Source: Deferribacterales bacterium
Lineage (GTDB): Bacteria > Chrysiogenota > Deferribacteres > Deferribacterales > Geovibrionaceae
Direction: 5' to 3'
Length of the DNA: 64,000 nt
NCBI GenBank assembly: GCA_050253075.1
Contig: JBFWJS010000003.1
Location: forward strand, 245,458 to 309,457
Shown: positions 1 to 10,357 of the stretch, in pieces
Numbering within the stretch: position 1 is the stretch's first letter
How the letters are laid out: the number at the start of each line of letters is the position of its first letter
Notes under the pieces: generated by a model
What the model saw: the letters and a program-made list of their open reading frames with translations, nothing else
Databases searched by the model: none
Told to the model about the DNA's origin: nothing
Position numbers and translations under genes: made by a program

Positions 1-1432
1 CGGGCATTATCCTATAATCGCCCGTTCCAGCAGTCTTCTGGAAGACAGCTTTGAAAGCTCGTTTGCGGGTAAGTACGAGAGTAAATTCTGCATACTTACA
101 GGCGACGAAGACAACATGCGCAGGCAGCTTTCGGACATTTTCAAGGCGGTATACGCCAGTATGTTCAGTCAGGAAGCGGTCAAATACAGACGCTTTTATG
201 AGATAAAAGGGCGTTCGGACATCATGTCTATCATCATTCAGCGTGTGTCGGGCGTTTTCAACGGAAACTATTATTTCCCTCACCTCGCAGGGGTAGGGCA
301 GTCATACAATTCATATATATGGGATAGAAAGATAGACCCAGAATCAGGTCTAATCAGGCTGGTCTCGGGGCTGGGTACAAAGGCGGTGGATAACGAAGGG
401 GGCGACTACGCAAGGATGATCGCTCTGAACAGACCACACGACTATCCAATGCCCGGGATGGAAAACAGGCGGGCATTCTGTCAGCGTGCTATGGAGGTTG
501 TGGATACCTATGCGAACAAGGTGCGTGAGGTAAAACCCGCAGACCTTTATGACGAGGTGGACACTGCCCCGTTTATGAAATACATCGCAGCCAGAGACTT
601 TGAGATAGAAAAGAAGCTGAACGGCGTGATAAACAGCGGGATAAAAGCATGGTACATATCCCACGACCATGTGATACAGAATACGAACGTGCTGGAAACC
701 CTCGGTAAGATCATGAAAACTCTCGAAAGGGCATATGAGCACCCAGTTGAGATAGAGTTCACCATCAATTTCAAAGACGACCGTAAATACCGCATAAACA
801 TACTTCAGTGCAGACCTGTACAGGTTCAGCGAATAGGAAATGCCGTGGTGCAGGGTGGAAGTGCTTCGGAATACGAAGTTTTCCGTGCGAAGGGGACATT
901 CCTCGGCGGAAGCAACTCTCTCACCGTGGATACGGTTGTTTATGTGGATTGGGACGAATATATCAAGCTGTCTTCGGACGATAAGAGGTACTGTGCAGAG
1001 ATCATCGGCATATTAAACGACAGGGTAGAGGCCAGAGGGCTTAACTGTCTGCTGATGGGCTACGGCAGATGGGGCTCGAGCGTAACGGCGCTGGGCGTAC
1101 CGGTAGTTTTCAGTCAGATAGACAGTATGAAAGCAGTAATAGAGATAGGACACATAGAGAAAGGTATGGTGCCGGAGTTGTCCTACGGCACCCATTTTTT
1201 CCATGATGTTGTTGAGTCGAAGATAAGCTATATCTCCGTGCTTGACAACGACGAGACATTCCACCTCAGCAATACGATAACAAAGCGCCATAACATGATA
1301 CGTAAGGCACTGCCCGACACGAAAGGCTTTGAAAAAGTGATAAAATACTATCGCTTTCCGAAAAGACCTCTCAGGCTCGTCACCGATATCAGCAGTAACG
1401 AAGTGGCTATCTACAGAGCGAAAAGGCTCTAA
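1..1432 (+). CDS. PEP/pyruvate-binding (PPDK N-terminal) domain protein, 5' end outside window
   Basis: The frame is open from base 2 (GHYPIIARSSSLLEDSFESSFAGKYES), giving the RSSS.LED...FAG.Y motif; later GLGTKAVD and EIEF...ILQCRP motifs; no phospho-His or pyruvate domain seen. Confidence 0.8.
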   Translation, partial: GHYPIIARSSSLLEDSFESSFAGKYESKFCILTGDEDNMRRQLSDIFKAVYASMFSQEAVKYRRFYEIKGRSDIMSIIIQRVSGVFNGNYYFPHLAGVGQSYNSYIWDRKIDPESGLIRLVSGLGTKAVDNEGGDYARMIALNRPHDYPMPGMENRRAFCQRAMEVVDTYANKVREVKPADLYDEVDTAPFMKYIAARDFEIEKKLNGVINSGIKAWYISHDHVIQNTNVLETLGKIMKTLERAYEHPVEIEFTINFKDDRKYRINILQCRPVQVQRIGNAVVQGGSASEYEVFRAKGTFLGGSNSLTVDTVVYVDWDEYIKLSSDDKRYCAEIIGILNDRVEARGLNCLLMGYGRWGSSVTALGVPVVFSQIDSMKAVIEIGHIEKGMVPELSYGTHFFHDVVESKISYISVLDNDETFHLSNTITKRHNMIRKALPDTKGFEKVIKYYRFPKRPLRLVTDISSNEVAIYRAKRL

Positions 1433-1701
1433 GCCTCTTCCTCTTCCTCGCCTTCTTCTTCATCAAGCTCAAGCTGATCAGTATCTATAAGAGCAAGGTC
1501 GCCGGCTGTAATAGCAAGACCAACCTCTATACAGTTATAGATGAATTCTTCGAAAGCCATGTTGTTTGTTTTTGCAGCTTCGTTAACGTCTGCAAACATT
1601 TCTTTGTCCATAGCGAAAGCAAAGTTCATAAGATCAGGATTTTCGTTCTGTTCTGAATTGCATCCGCAAGAGTTTTTATCATCACCGCCACAGCAGCTCA
1701 T
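1429..1701 (-). CDS. small acidic hypothetical protein with N-terminal CC...CxC and poly-Glu tail
   Basis: 90-aa ORF with GAGGTG Shine-Dalgarno upstream. Confidence 0.7.
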   Translation of the reverse strand: MSCCGGDDKNSCGCNSEQNENPDLMNFAFAMDKEMFADVNEAAKTNNMAFEEFIYNCIEVGLAITAGDLALIDTDQLELDEEEGEEEEEA

Positions 1702-1787
1702 AACTCACCTCGTAAGATTTTACTAGGGTTTTAACAGGTTTTAGGTAATAATGCAAACAATGAATAGTAAATAATATGTGGTGATCT

Positions 1788-2573
1788 ATGCGTGTTTCAG
1801 CAGTTCAGATTATGCTTTCGGACAGCAAAGATGGAAACCTGTGCAAGGCTTTGTCGTATATAGATAAAGCATCAGACAGCGATCTTGTCGTCCTGCCGGA
1901 GATGCTGATGGGAAAACGCACGGGGACCACCGAACTGTATCATCTGGCAGAGGATGCGGAGAACGGAAACTTTGCAAGCGAACTGCGTGAAGCGGCCGTG
2001 AAGCACGGCGTGGATGTCTGCACATGCCTGTGGGAAGACTCGGGCAGTGATAAAGTCTACAACACCGCAATGGTTTACGGCTCAGACGGCAGCATAAAGG
2101 CGAAATACCGCAAGCTGCACCTTTTCGATGCTCTCTCAGTAAAGGAATCCGATCATATGCTCATGGGCTCGGACATGCCTCCCGTATTTGAATGTGCAGG
2201 GGTTAAATGCGGTCTGTCCATATGCTACGACCTGCGTTTTCCTGAGATATACAGAGAGCAGGTCTTCAAAGGCGCAGAGCTTTTCATCATTCCTGCCGCA
2301 TGGTATGCGGGGGAGATGAAGGTTGCGCACCTGCACACTCTCCTCTCTGCGAGGGCTCTGGAGAACACGTCCTATACACTCTGTGCGAATCTGTGCGGAG
2401 ACAGTTTCAGCGGTAATTCGGCGGTTTTTGCACCATTCGGCGAGATGCTTGCCTCTGCTTGCGGTGAAGAAAATGTCATATCATCCGACATAGATGTCAA
2501 ATATGTCGAAAACATCAGAGAAAAACTTCCCTGTCTTGCGAATATCCGTAAAGATATGTTTTATAGACAGTAG
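1788..2573 (+). CDS. carbon-nitrogen hydrolase (nitrilase/Nit1-like amidase)
   Basis: Catalytic E-K-C triad motifs LVVLPE, YRKLHLFD, ICYDLRFPE; ARALEN. Confidence 0.9.
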   Translation: MRVSAVQIMLSDSKDGNLCKALSYIDKASDSDLVVLPEMLMGKRTGTTELYHLAEDAENGNFASELREAAVKHGVDVCTCLWEDSGSDKVYNTAMVYGSDGSIKAKYRKLHLFDALSVKESDHMLMGSDMPPVFECAGVKCGLSICYDLRFPEIYREQVFKGAELFIIPAAWYAGEMKVAHLHTLLSARALENTSYTLCANLCGDSFSGNSAVFAPFGEMLASACGEENVISSDIDVKYVENIREKLPCLANIRKDMFYRQ

Positions 2574-2697
2574 TTTATAGAATATTTTGATAATAGCTTA
2601 AATGTGAAGTTTTGTTGTTTCCTCTTTATTATTCGGTTATAATTACACCAAAAATCAATCCTTTCTTAATTTTGGGCATAATCAATAGGAGATTACA

Positions 2698-5600
2698 ATG
2701 CGTGCTTTACTAGTATCAGTTCTGATCACACTGAGTTTCATCCTTTCCGCGTGTGGTGGCGGGGGAGGCGGAAGCAGTGATCCGGGCGTCAGGGTTTCCC
2801 TGGGGCTTAATTTCGACAAATCACGAGCTGCAGCAGACGGATTTTATGTCAGTAATACAAAGATAGATTCTGTCACTGTCAGCTACACAAACAACGCTGG
2901 TTCCAGCGGTTCGAAAAATGTGACCGCACAGGCCGCGGACGGCTCTGTGGAACTCAACGGTCTTGTTCTTAATTCTACTTACACATTTACTGTTCTCGCT
3001 ATGGCAGAGGGGAATGTGCAGGCATGTACGGGCAGTACATCCGTGCTCATAGCCGAAAATGAAGAGAACACGGCGACTATAGAGTGTGTCTTCGTAGACA
3101 GTCTGGCAGTGGGGAATGCCGTTTATGATTTCGTAGAGACGCTCATGTCTGCGAATCCTACAGCGGCAAACATAGACCAGTATGTCGCAAACGATTTCGG
3201 CACATACGACGGCTATAACAGAGCTCAGTTCATAGCTGATCTGCTCGATGAGCCGGGCTTTGCTTTCACAGACCCTACAGTACAGCTCGAGAGTGTAGAG
3301 GTTTTCACAGGTGTCGCGAGGGCGGCAGCCACAGAATCACTTATTAAGTTTCACTTCAGCGACGGATCAGTTGCCGAGGAGTATGTCGGACTTGTTAAAG
3401 AAGACGGCAAATGGAAACTGACAGGTAACGGAAAGCTCTATGAAGCAGATATAAATACACAGGCTTACTATATCATCCCTCATTCGGCTTCACCGCCTGC
3501 AAGCCTTTTCTACTCAGGCGTTGCCACAGAATTTTACGACCCTGCAAATGTAGTCAGCGGTATCGATGTTTCAGCTACTCCGATGTCGGAGACCTACTCA
3601 TTCGTTAGGGCTACATGCACAGACTGCGACGGATTTACTATCGATTATCCATACACGCTGGATACTCCGTATTTCTTCTCTGATCATTACATAGACCTGT
3701 TTGAAGGCGGTGCAAACGCAGCAGTGGCCGCAGATCAGCAGTACACGCTGAACACTACCTATACAAACAGCACTCAAGATACATTTAATCTGACGGCATA
3801 CGGAAAGCCTGTGCAGACAAGCCTTTTGGATACTACATACTTTCCTCTGCTCCCTTCTACGACAAGCCAGAACATAGCCGAATACATAGCAAACGCAAGC
3901 TATACATTCACTCTCATAAAGCCGACGGCATACGATGCACAGCTTATCGAGATAGACCTGCAATACAGAGACTACTACGGCAATTACGGTGATATCGAAG
4001 GTTTGATACCGCTTAATGCGAACACTTTCACAGTGGATTTCTCTGAGCTTGCGGGCAGCTTTATTACCGACGCATCGGTATTCATCAGTGCATACGACAG
4101 CGAAGGACGTGTCTTCACTACTGTTATAGAGCTGTACTACGACGCAGGCACTGCGACACTCAGCGCATCGGGCTACACGGCTCTCGCCGATGCTATCAGC
4201 AAGATGTCTACGGCTCAGCTTGCTACTTTCTCAAATATTGTCAGCTACTCAAGCGACCCGGGCGTGCTTAATATCCTTTCAGAGATAAGCGATGCCGCAT
4301 CCTTAGGACTCACAGCATATGACGTGAGCGGGGCTTACGGTGCCTCTCTTTTGAGAGCCGGTCAGGTGTCTAACCCGTATACATCAGGCACAGCGCAGTA
4401 TATCGCTTATGAAAACCTTATAGATGCTTTCTATGATCTGCTTTCATCTAATCCTGATGTTGCGATGGACATTGCAGTTTTCGTAACGGAGCTTTCAGAT
4501 GATGGATTCCAGTCTCTCGGCGTTCTGCTCGGCATAGCAGATGAGGAAGGATTTGCTGTTTATGCACAGGTTCTTTCAGGCTCCCTTGATGAGATCATCG
4601 CAGATGTCGAAGCGCATACAGGAACAACTGTAGAGCCCGACGACGGCTATAATGTTGAAGAAGGCCTTGACTATGTGGAAGTTACAGACGGAAGCACATT
4701 TTTCAACCTTTATGCTACATCAGGCGTGCTTACATCAAACGGTGCAGTCCTTTGTAACTCAGGAGCCTACGCCTCTATATACGTAGAAAATGAAGAAGGC
4801 GGCGAACTCTATGCCATAAACAGCACAGGAGACCAGATCCCGCTGTGTAATGCGCTTAGAACGATAGATAACCCTTCAAGTAACTATAACGGCTACAGCT
4901 ATGTCGTCCTTACAAATATTGACGACATGAGCTATCTCCAGAACAGCATCGTCATGATGCTGAACCCTGAAGGCGCAATGGTATGGGCAAAGGAATATCC
5001 TGCCTTAGCACCAGTAATGGTAAATGATGCGGAGCTGAGCGGAGACAACCTGCTCGTGCTCTATACCGATACAAACGACAATGCAGGCGGATTCATTTAT
5101 GAAGTTCTCCCTGACGGTTCTACAGGCATGTCCAGTATGATCAGCGGTGAGGACTCTCTGTCTTCAAATCCTGTCGGCAGCGTACAGTTTAACGACCTTA
5201 TCCTGAAAGACGGCGTATTTGCCATACTCGGTACCGGACGTGTAGACGGCGGAGACTATCTTGAGCCGTTAGTATTTTACGGAACATATGCCACAACTAC
5301 GACCACAACAATGGTCGCAGGCGGCGGACTGCTCAACCATTTCTACTCTGTGGAGATGAGCGGTGATTTCTCCGGTCAGTTCTATTCCGGTACTTACAGC
5401 GGTACCGATCTCATAATGTCAGCCTTGCTCACAGGTCAGGGTGAAACAGTAGCTATATCTAAGCTGGATACAACAACAGGCACATTCTATAATGCGATCT
5501 CTTTCGGTGAAACTATCCCGGAGGATGCTCTGGTTGTATCTGCGCCTGATTCCACAGGTGTTACGGGTAACTATCTTTTTACTAACTACATCGACGACAG

Positions 5601-6024
5601 GGCAGAGATTCTGAAATTCTCATTCGACATAGACGGCGAGCTCGTTATGGAAAATAACGCTCAGTTCGACCTGTACTCTGAATACGGTCTTTCACCGGAC
5701 ATCTATGCCGTCACCTCAGACGGCGATGGGCATCTCTTATTCGCAGGAGGCATGACGACAGAGTTTTCTACAGACCTTCTCATGGGTGCGATGAGTGCAG
5801 ATGACCTGACGATAAACGATGAATATACACCGGGTACTCAGATGGACTATAATTTTGATAAAATGGCGGACGTAAACCCGGTGAACACTCTGACAGTGAC
5901 ACTGACACCGGACGTGTTCATTAATCCCGGCGATATCGTGGATATCGCAGATATTATATCCCTTGATAATTACATCGTAGATGTGAACCCTGCGATGAGT
6001 ATTATCGTAAACATGCTGATGTAA
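2698..6024 (+). CDS. large acidic surface lipoprotein of unknown function (1108 aa)
   Basis: AGGAG SD; lipobox LSAC followed by a poly-Gly/Ser linker; beta-rich, D/E/T/S-rich. Confidence 0.8.
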   Translation: MRALLVSVLITLSFILSACGGGGGGSSDPGVRVSLGLNFDKSRAAADGFYVSNTKIDSVTVSYTNNAGSSGSKNVTAQAADGSVELNGLVLNSTYTFTVLAMAEGNVQACTGSTSVLIAENEENTATIECVFVDSLAVGNAVYDFVETLMSANPTAANIDQYVANDFGTYDGYNRAQFIADLLDEPGFAFTDPTVQLESVEVFTGVARAAATESLIKFHFSDGSVAEEYVGLVKEDGKWKLTGNGKLYEADINTQAYYIIPHSASPPASLFYSGVATEFYDPANVVSGIDVSATPMSETYSFVRATCTDCDGFTIDYPYTLDTPYFFSDHYIDLFEGGANAAVAADQQYTLNTTYTNSTQDTFNLTAYGKPVQTSLLDTTYFPLLPSTTSQNIAEYIANASYTFTLIKPTAYDAQLIEIDLQYRDYYGNYGDIEGLIPLNANTFTVDFSELAGSFITDASVFISAYDSEGRVFTTVIELYYDAGTATLSASGYTALADAISKMSTAQLATFSNIVSYSSDPGVLNILSEISDAASLGLTAYDVSGAYGASLLRAGQVSNPYTSGTAQYIAYENLIDAFYDLLSSNPDVAMDIAVFVTELSDDGFQSLGVLLGIADEEGFAVYAQVLSGSLDEIIADVEAHTGTTVEPDDGYNVEEGLDYVEVTDGSTFFNLYATSGVLTSNGAVLCNSGAYASIYVENEEGGELYAINSTGDQIPLCNALRTIDNPSSNYNGYSYVVLTNIDDMSYLQNSIVMMLNPEGAMVWAKEYPALAPVMVNDAELSGDNLLVLYTDTNDNAGGFIYEVLPDGSTGMSSMISGEDSLSSNPVGSVQFNDLILKDGVFAILGTGRVDGGDYLEPLVFYGTYATTTTTTMVAGGGLLNHFYSVEMSGDFSGQFYSGTYSGTDLIMSALLTGQGETVAISKLDTTTGTFYNAISFGETIPEDALVVSAPDSTGVTGNYLFTNYIDDRAEILKFSFDIDGELVMENNAQFDLYSEYGLSPDIYAVTSDGDGHLLFAGGMTTEFSTDLLMGAMSADDLTINDEYTPGTQMDYNFDKMADVNPVNTLTVTLTPDVFINPGDIVDIADIISLDNYIVDVNPAMSIIVNMLM

Positions 6025-6121
6025 AAGAATTGTTTCAGGAGAGTTTAATTCCTTTAACAAGTTTTGCAAATATTTAACATTCGTTTAAAACAAACTGTGC
6101 TATCTTTTGTGTGAAAAGAGC

Positions 6122-6150
6122 GGGGTGGTAAATTTACCGCCCCTTCTTTA
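6122..6150 (+). terminator. palindromic hairpin with T-rich tail (terminator or attenuator)
   Basis: GGGGTGGTAAATTTACCGCCCC followed by TTCTTT, between the lipoprotein gene and a small Zn-ribbon gene. Confidence 0.4.
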
Positions 6151-6177
6151 CCTGTTATGTAAATCAGGAGATAGATA

Positions 6178-6390
6178 ATGCCTAAAATGTCATTCAAATG
6201 CAAAGAGTGCGGAGAGAAGATCGTAGTAAAAGAGCCGGGCATGGCTCGTTGCGAAGAGTGCGGTTCGATCTACAAAGCTTTCTTTGAGATCAAAAAAAAA
6301 AGTGACAAAGAAGTAATCTCTAAAGCTGTTAAAACTCCGGAAAACAAAGAAGCCTCTGAGAGGGTCTTTGGAGACCACAAGAGCGCATAA
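6178..6390 (+). CDS. small zinc-ribbon protein
   Basis: AGGAG SD; CKEC-x13-CEEC motif; Lys-rich tail. Confidence 0.65.
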   Translation: MPKMSFKCKECGEKIVVKEPGMARCEECGSIYKAFFEIKKKSDKEVISKAVKTPENKEASERVFGDHKSA

Positions 6391-6559
6391 GCTCAGGTCT
6401 TGCCTTTGCTCCGCCTTTCCGGCGTTTTTCGTTTTTAGGGTTTAATGTTTGAGGTTTATATTCCTATCTGGCTGTACTGCTGTAATCTGATTCAGATGAT
6501 TAGCAACCTAACGATACCCTGACTGAAAACCAAGCACAAACAGTTTAAAATACCTTTTA

Positions 6560-7372
6560 TCAGAAAGGGACTTCGTTCAGTATTGCACCGAGCTTGCTAA
6601 CGGCTTTCTGCACTTTCTGCTCGTTCAATATCTTTTCCTTATCTTTCATCACGGCTTTCAGGTCGTCTCCGAGGGTCTTTTTCAGCTCGTCTGCTGCTTT
6701 CATTATAGCCTCGGGTTTATCCTTTTTCGCCATTACCAGCTTCAGGGTGTCGGAGTATTTCTTCATCTCGGGGATCTGCTTTTTGATGTTTGAGACGAAT
6801 GCATCGGTGGCCTCTACGGCTTTTCTGGCTGTGATGGCTTCTTTCATCCTTTCCACATATCTCTTAGACAGAGCGAGGAAGTCGTTCATAACGGACAGGA
6901 TGCCGTTTAAGGTGTCTTCTGTTATCTCTGTGGTCTCTGCCAGCATATGTGTGGCAACGCTGTCCATACTGCCTGCTATGGCGTGTGAGACGTTAGACGC
7001 TACATCGGCACCGAACTCATTCACGCCGAAGAGCGGGTTGTTTCCCACCACTATGTCAAAGTTGGCGAATGCTTCCATAAAGTCTGCATCTGCCATGTAT
7101 GGTCCCATCTTTCCGTAATATTTAGTGACGTCATGACCGAGCATCTTGCCTATCTTTGTGCTGAGTGCCTTGAGTTCTGCATCGGTGGAAAACCTTGTGC
7201 AGAAGTCGTCTGAGATCTTCTCAAGGTCTTCGTACTGGTTTTTTATCCCTTTGCTGCATGTATTTATAGCCTGCATCAGTTCTTCTTTGCCTGATGCCGC
7301 CTCAAGGTCTGAAATGTATTGCTCAGCTATTTTAAGCTGCTCCTGCATGGTGCGGAGTGTCATGTCGCTCAT
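6560..7372 (-). CDS. hypothetical helical protein with internal tandem duplication
   Basis: 270-aa ORF, GAGGA SD, 33 bp downstream of heme O synthase on the same strand. Confidence 0.7.
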   Translation of the reverse strand: MSDMTLRTMQEQLKIAEQYISDLEAASGKEELMQAINTCSKGIKNQYEDLEKISDDFCTRFSTDAELKALSTKIGKMLGHDVTKYYGKMGPYMADADFMEAFANFDIVVGNNPLFGVNEFGADVASNVSHAIAGSMDSVATHMLAETTEITEDTLNGILSVMNDFLALSKRYVERMKEAITARKAVEATDAFVSNIKKQIPEMKKYSDTLKLVMAKKDKPEAIMKAADELKKTLGDDLKAVMKDKEKILNEQKVQKAVSKLGAILNEVPF

Positions 7373-7405
7373 AATGTCCTCTTTGAAAATTTGTGTCCGA
7401 TGATT

Positions 7406-8239
7406 CTAGATGATTATTCGGTCAACCACAAGCATAAGGAAGAAAATAACCATACTTATGTTCAGAATATGAAAGGTTCTGGCGGTGTACTGCCTGTTTA
7501 AATACAGCGCAGCAGCGAATGCCAGAGTAATCAGGACATGTGCAGTTATTACGGATGAATATTTGTAAATGTCTGATATAGGGATGAGAAGCAGTGCGCA
7601 TATATAAGCTGTCAGCCATATCTTTATGAAGAGGTCGCTCTTTGTCTTTCCGTATGTGCCGGAGAGAGTTTTGAAACCTGCGGTCTTATAGTCCGTCTTA
7701 TACTTTTCAGAGAGGAGGGCGAAGTGCGGCGTCTGCCATACATAAAGCACGGCGGCGACAAGGAGTATGCCCGTTGTTTTGATCTCTCCCCCTGTGACGG
7801 CATAGCCCAGCACGGGCGGTATCGCACCTGTTACAGAGCCTATCAGCAGTGCGAAAGGCGTCACCTTTTTCAGCGGGGTATATATTAGATTATACACCAG
7901 CAGGGTAAAGGGGATGAATATCAGGGCAGACATATTATGCCCCAGCAGCATGAACGCAGCCGAAAGGGCAAGCATCACGGCTGATATCCGCAGTACGCTT
8001 TTACCGTCTACCGTGCCCGAGGGGATAGGTCTGTCTGATGTACGGCTCATGACGGCATCTTCCTCACATTCCTGATACTGATTCAGAGCGGAGCATCCCG
8101 CAGAGAGGAATAGTGCGGAAAGTACGGCGAAGACGTGCGTTATGTGCAGGTTTGAATCAAAAAGGCAGGCCCCTGCAAAAGCTGAGAGGCCCACCATAAG
8201 AGAAACTTTTGGTCTGAAGAGCTGCAGTGTGTTCTGCAT
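7406..8239 (-). CDS. cyoE: protoheme IX farnesyltransferase (heme O synthase)
   Basis: UbiA-family motifs LNQ...D..MSRT..RPIPSG, YTPLKK, WQTPHF; position in the oxidase operon. Confidence 0.9.
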   Translation of the reverse strand: MQNTLQLFRPKVSLMVGLSAFAGACLFDSNLHITHVFAVLSALFLSAGCSALNQYQECEEDAVMSRTSDRPIPSGTVDGKSVLRISAVMLALSAAFMLLGHNMSALIFIPFTLLVYNLIYTPLKKVTPFALLIGSVTGAIPPVLGYAVTGGEIKTTGILLVAAVLYVWQTPHFALLSEKYKTDYKTAGFKTLSGTYGKTKSDLFIKIWLTAYICALLLIPISDIYKYSSVITAHVLITLAFAAALYLNRQYTARTFHILNISMVIFFLMLVVDRIII

Positions 8240-9450
8240 CAGTCCTTCAGCGTACTTATGTATTCTATGAGAGCTTTTATCTGCTCGTCATCCAGATAGT
8301 CATACGGAGGCATAGACTCGTCAAAGCCTTCGACGATATATTCAGCCGGATGTGTTATCGAGCTTATGATGTATCTCGTATCCGCTTTAAGCTGAATCTT
8401 CTCGCCGTCTTTCACCGCTGTGACGTCTCTGTCTATCAGGTTTTTGAAGCTAGGCCCCACGAGGACACTGCCGTCGTCGGAGTGGCATCCCATACAGCCT
8501 TCGTTCTCGGCTATGACACGTCCTTTCTCACCCGGCTTGTCTACTTTGACACCGCCGTTTTTAAAGAACTCTATGAGCTTTGTCATATCCTCTTCGGAGA
8601 CAACGCCTTCGTATGGTGGCATCATATCTTCATAGTTTTTGACTATTTCGGATGAAGGGTCGTATATCGCCTTTCTGATGTAGGCATCGTCGGCTGAGAC
8701 GGTTTTTTCACCTTCAGGTGTGACGATGACTGTCTCTCTGCCGTAGATGTCTTTCAGCGTCGGTCCTACGAGCTCTGTGCCGTCTATGCTGTGACAGTCG
8801 AGGCATCCCTGAGTCTCGAGTATGGTCACTGCCTCAGGCTTTGCATCGTCTGCTGCCGTGTCGCTTGCGGATACCCACTGCTCATACTCTTCCTGCGGAA
8901 CAACAACGACCTTCGACAGCATGAAAGCGTGCCTTACGCCGCAGTATTCGGCGCAGAGGATGTCGTACTCTGCCTTATCTCCTGAGTTAAACCACACGTA
9001 TGTCTGCATGCCGGGCACAGTGTCCATCTTTATGCGGTATGCAGGTACATAAAAGCTGTGTATGACGTCCACGGATGTCATATCGAGTTTCACGGGAGTG
9101 TTCTCGGGTACATAGAGCTCTTTGGAGGTCTTACCGTTAGGGTATTCGAACTTCCAGCTCCACATACGGGCAGTCACTTTCACTTCCATAGAGTCGGCAG
9201 GCGCATCACGCAGACCTTTGTATCCCTCCCATCCGAACCAGAACATAGCCAGTACGATGAGGGTAGGGATGATCGTCCATGTGAGCTCCGCCACAACATT
9301 ACCTTCTATCTCAGAAGCCTCTGGGTGCTTCTTATGATGATATTTAAAAAGGAAATAAACGGCTACGAGTGTTATCAGTATCATTATGGCAAATGAAATG
9401 CCGAAGATGAACTGAAACGCCGTGTCCACTTTGCTTATTGTTTCTAACAT
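8239..9450 (-). CDS. coxB: cytochrome c oxidase subunit II with two C-terminal c-type heme domains
   Basis: DVIHSF and CuA motif CAEYCGVRHAFM; two CxxCH (CLDCH, CMGCH). Confidence 0.95.
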   Translation of the reverse strand: MLETISKVDTAFQFIFGISFAIMILITLVAVYFLFKYHHKKHPEASEIEGNVVAELTWTIIPTLIVLAMFWFGWEGYKGLRDAPADSMEVKVTARMWSWKFEYPNGKTSKELYVPENTPVKLDMTSVDVIHSFYVPAYRIKMDTVPGMQTYVWFNSGDKAEYDILCAEYCGVRHAFMLSKVVVVPQEEYEQWVSASDTAADDAKPEAVTILETQGCLDCHSIDGTELVGPTLKDIYGRETVIVTPEGEKTVSADDAYIRKAIYDPSSEIVKNYEDMMPPYEGVVSEEDMTKLIEFFKNGGVKVDKPGEKGRVIAENEGCMGCHSDDGSVLVGPSFKNLIDRDVTAVKDGEKIQLKADTRYIISSITHPAEYIVEGFDESMPPYDYLDDEQIKALIEYISTLKD

Positions 9451-9457
9451 CTTACAC

Positions 9458-9745
9458 CTACCTGTATGCCACGTCGAAGAACGTCATGCCGATGAATATC
9501 GCCAGTATCAGAAAGCAGATGAACACGAACAGCTTAAGCGTGCGGTTCTCATACTTCAGATGCATGAAGAACAGTATGACGAAGAGCGACTTTGTTGTGG
9601 CCAGTGCAAGGGCAACGGCAACATTCATGAAGCCGAGGTCTATCCTTGATACGCCGACGGTTACGGCTGTCAGAAAAAGGAGCATAGCGAGTACAGCAGA
9701 GGCTGTCTTCACGCTCATGATATGATGATTTTCTTTATGTCCCAT
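9458..9745 (-). CDS. coxD: cytochrome c oxidase subunit IV
   Basis: Three TM helices; K..LV..FFMHLKY motif. Confidence 0.85.
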   Translation of the reverse strand: MGHKENHHIMSVKTASAVLAMLLFLTAVTVGVSRIDLGFMNVAVALALATTKSLFVILFFMHLKYENRTLKLFVFICFLILAIFIGMTFFDVAYR

Positions 9746-9757
9746 TTCATGCCTCCT

Positions 9758-10357
9758 TTATATGACCAGGTAAAACAGCGGGAAGAGGAATATCCATATA
9801 AGGTCAACCAGGTGCCAGTAGAGCCCTGCGTTTTCCAGCATAACGAAATCCTCGCTGTTTACTCTGCCTTTTTTCATAAAGTAGATCACAAAGCTGATCA
9901 CTACTCCGCCTATGATGACGTGGAGTCCGTGCAGACCCGTCATCAGGAAATACAGCCCGAAGAAGATTATCTCACCCTTTGGCAGCGTGAGCAGGTGCTC
10001 AGAGTTTGGATAAATGCCGTGGTGAAACTTTGCGCTCCACTCAAAGCCTTTGTTAACCAAAAAGAGCAGTGCCATGAATATCGTCAGGTAAGAGAACATT
10101 ATGGCCTTCTTCTGCATGCCCCGCTGAAGGAAAGATATGGCGAGAGCCACAAAGTAACTGGATATAAGCAGCACGACAGTGTTCAGACCGCCGATGAAAG
10201 CATCCAGCTCTTTTCCCGCTTCGTGGTATTCCGTCGGGTATTTCGAAAGGTATACCGAATAGAGCACAAACATTCCGCCGAAAAGGAGCACTTCCGTAAA
10301 GAGGAAGAGCCACATGCCGAGTTTTGCGCCCTGATAGTCTTTATGAACGTTACTCAT
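9758..10357 (-). CDS. coxC: cytochrome c oxidase subunit III
   Basis: GMWLFLFTEVLLFGG, TGLHGLHV, GLYWHLVDLIWIFLFP; start set at the ATG overlapping the coxA end. Confidence 0.92.
   Translation of the reverse strand: MSNVHKDYQGAKLGMWLFLFTEVLLFGGMFVLYSVYLSKYPTEYHEAGKELDAFIGGLNTVVLLISSYFVALAISFLQRGMQKKAIMFSYLTIFMALLFLVNKGFEWSAKFHHGIYPNSEHLLTLPKGEIIFFGLYFLMTGLHGLHVIIGGVVISFVIYFMKKGRVNSEDFVMLENAGLYWHLVDLIWIFLFPLFYLVI

Noticed and set aside
6375..6440. Minus-strand AAACGCC-GGAAA-GGCGGAGCAAAG resembles a c-di-GMP-I riboswitch
   Set aside because: The second hairpin and closing stem do not fit, it overlaps the end of a plus-strand gene, and no credible downstream gene exists on that strand
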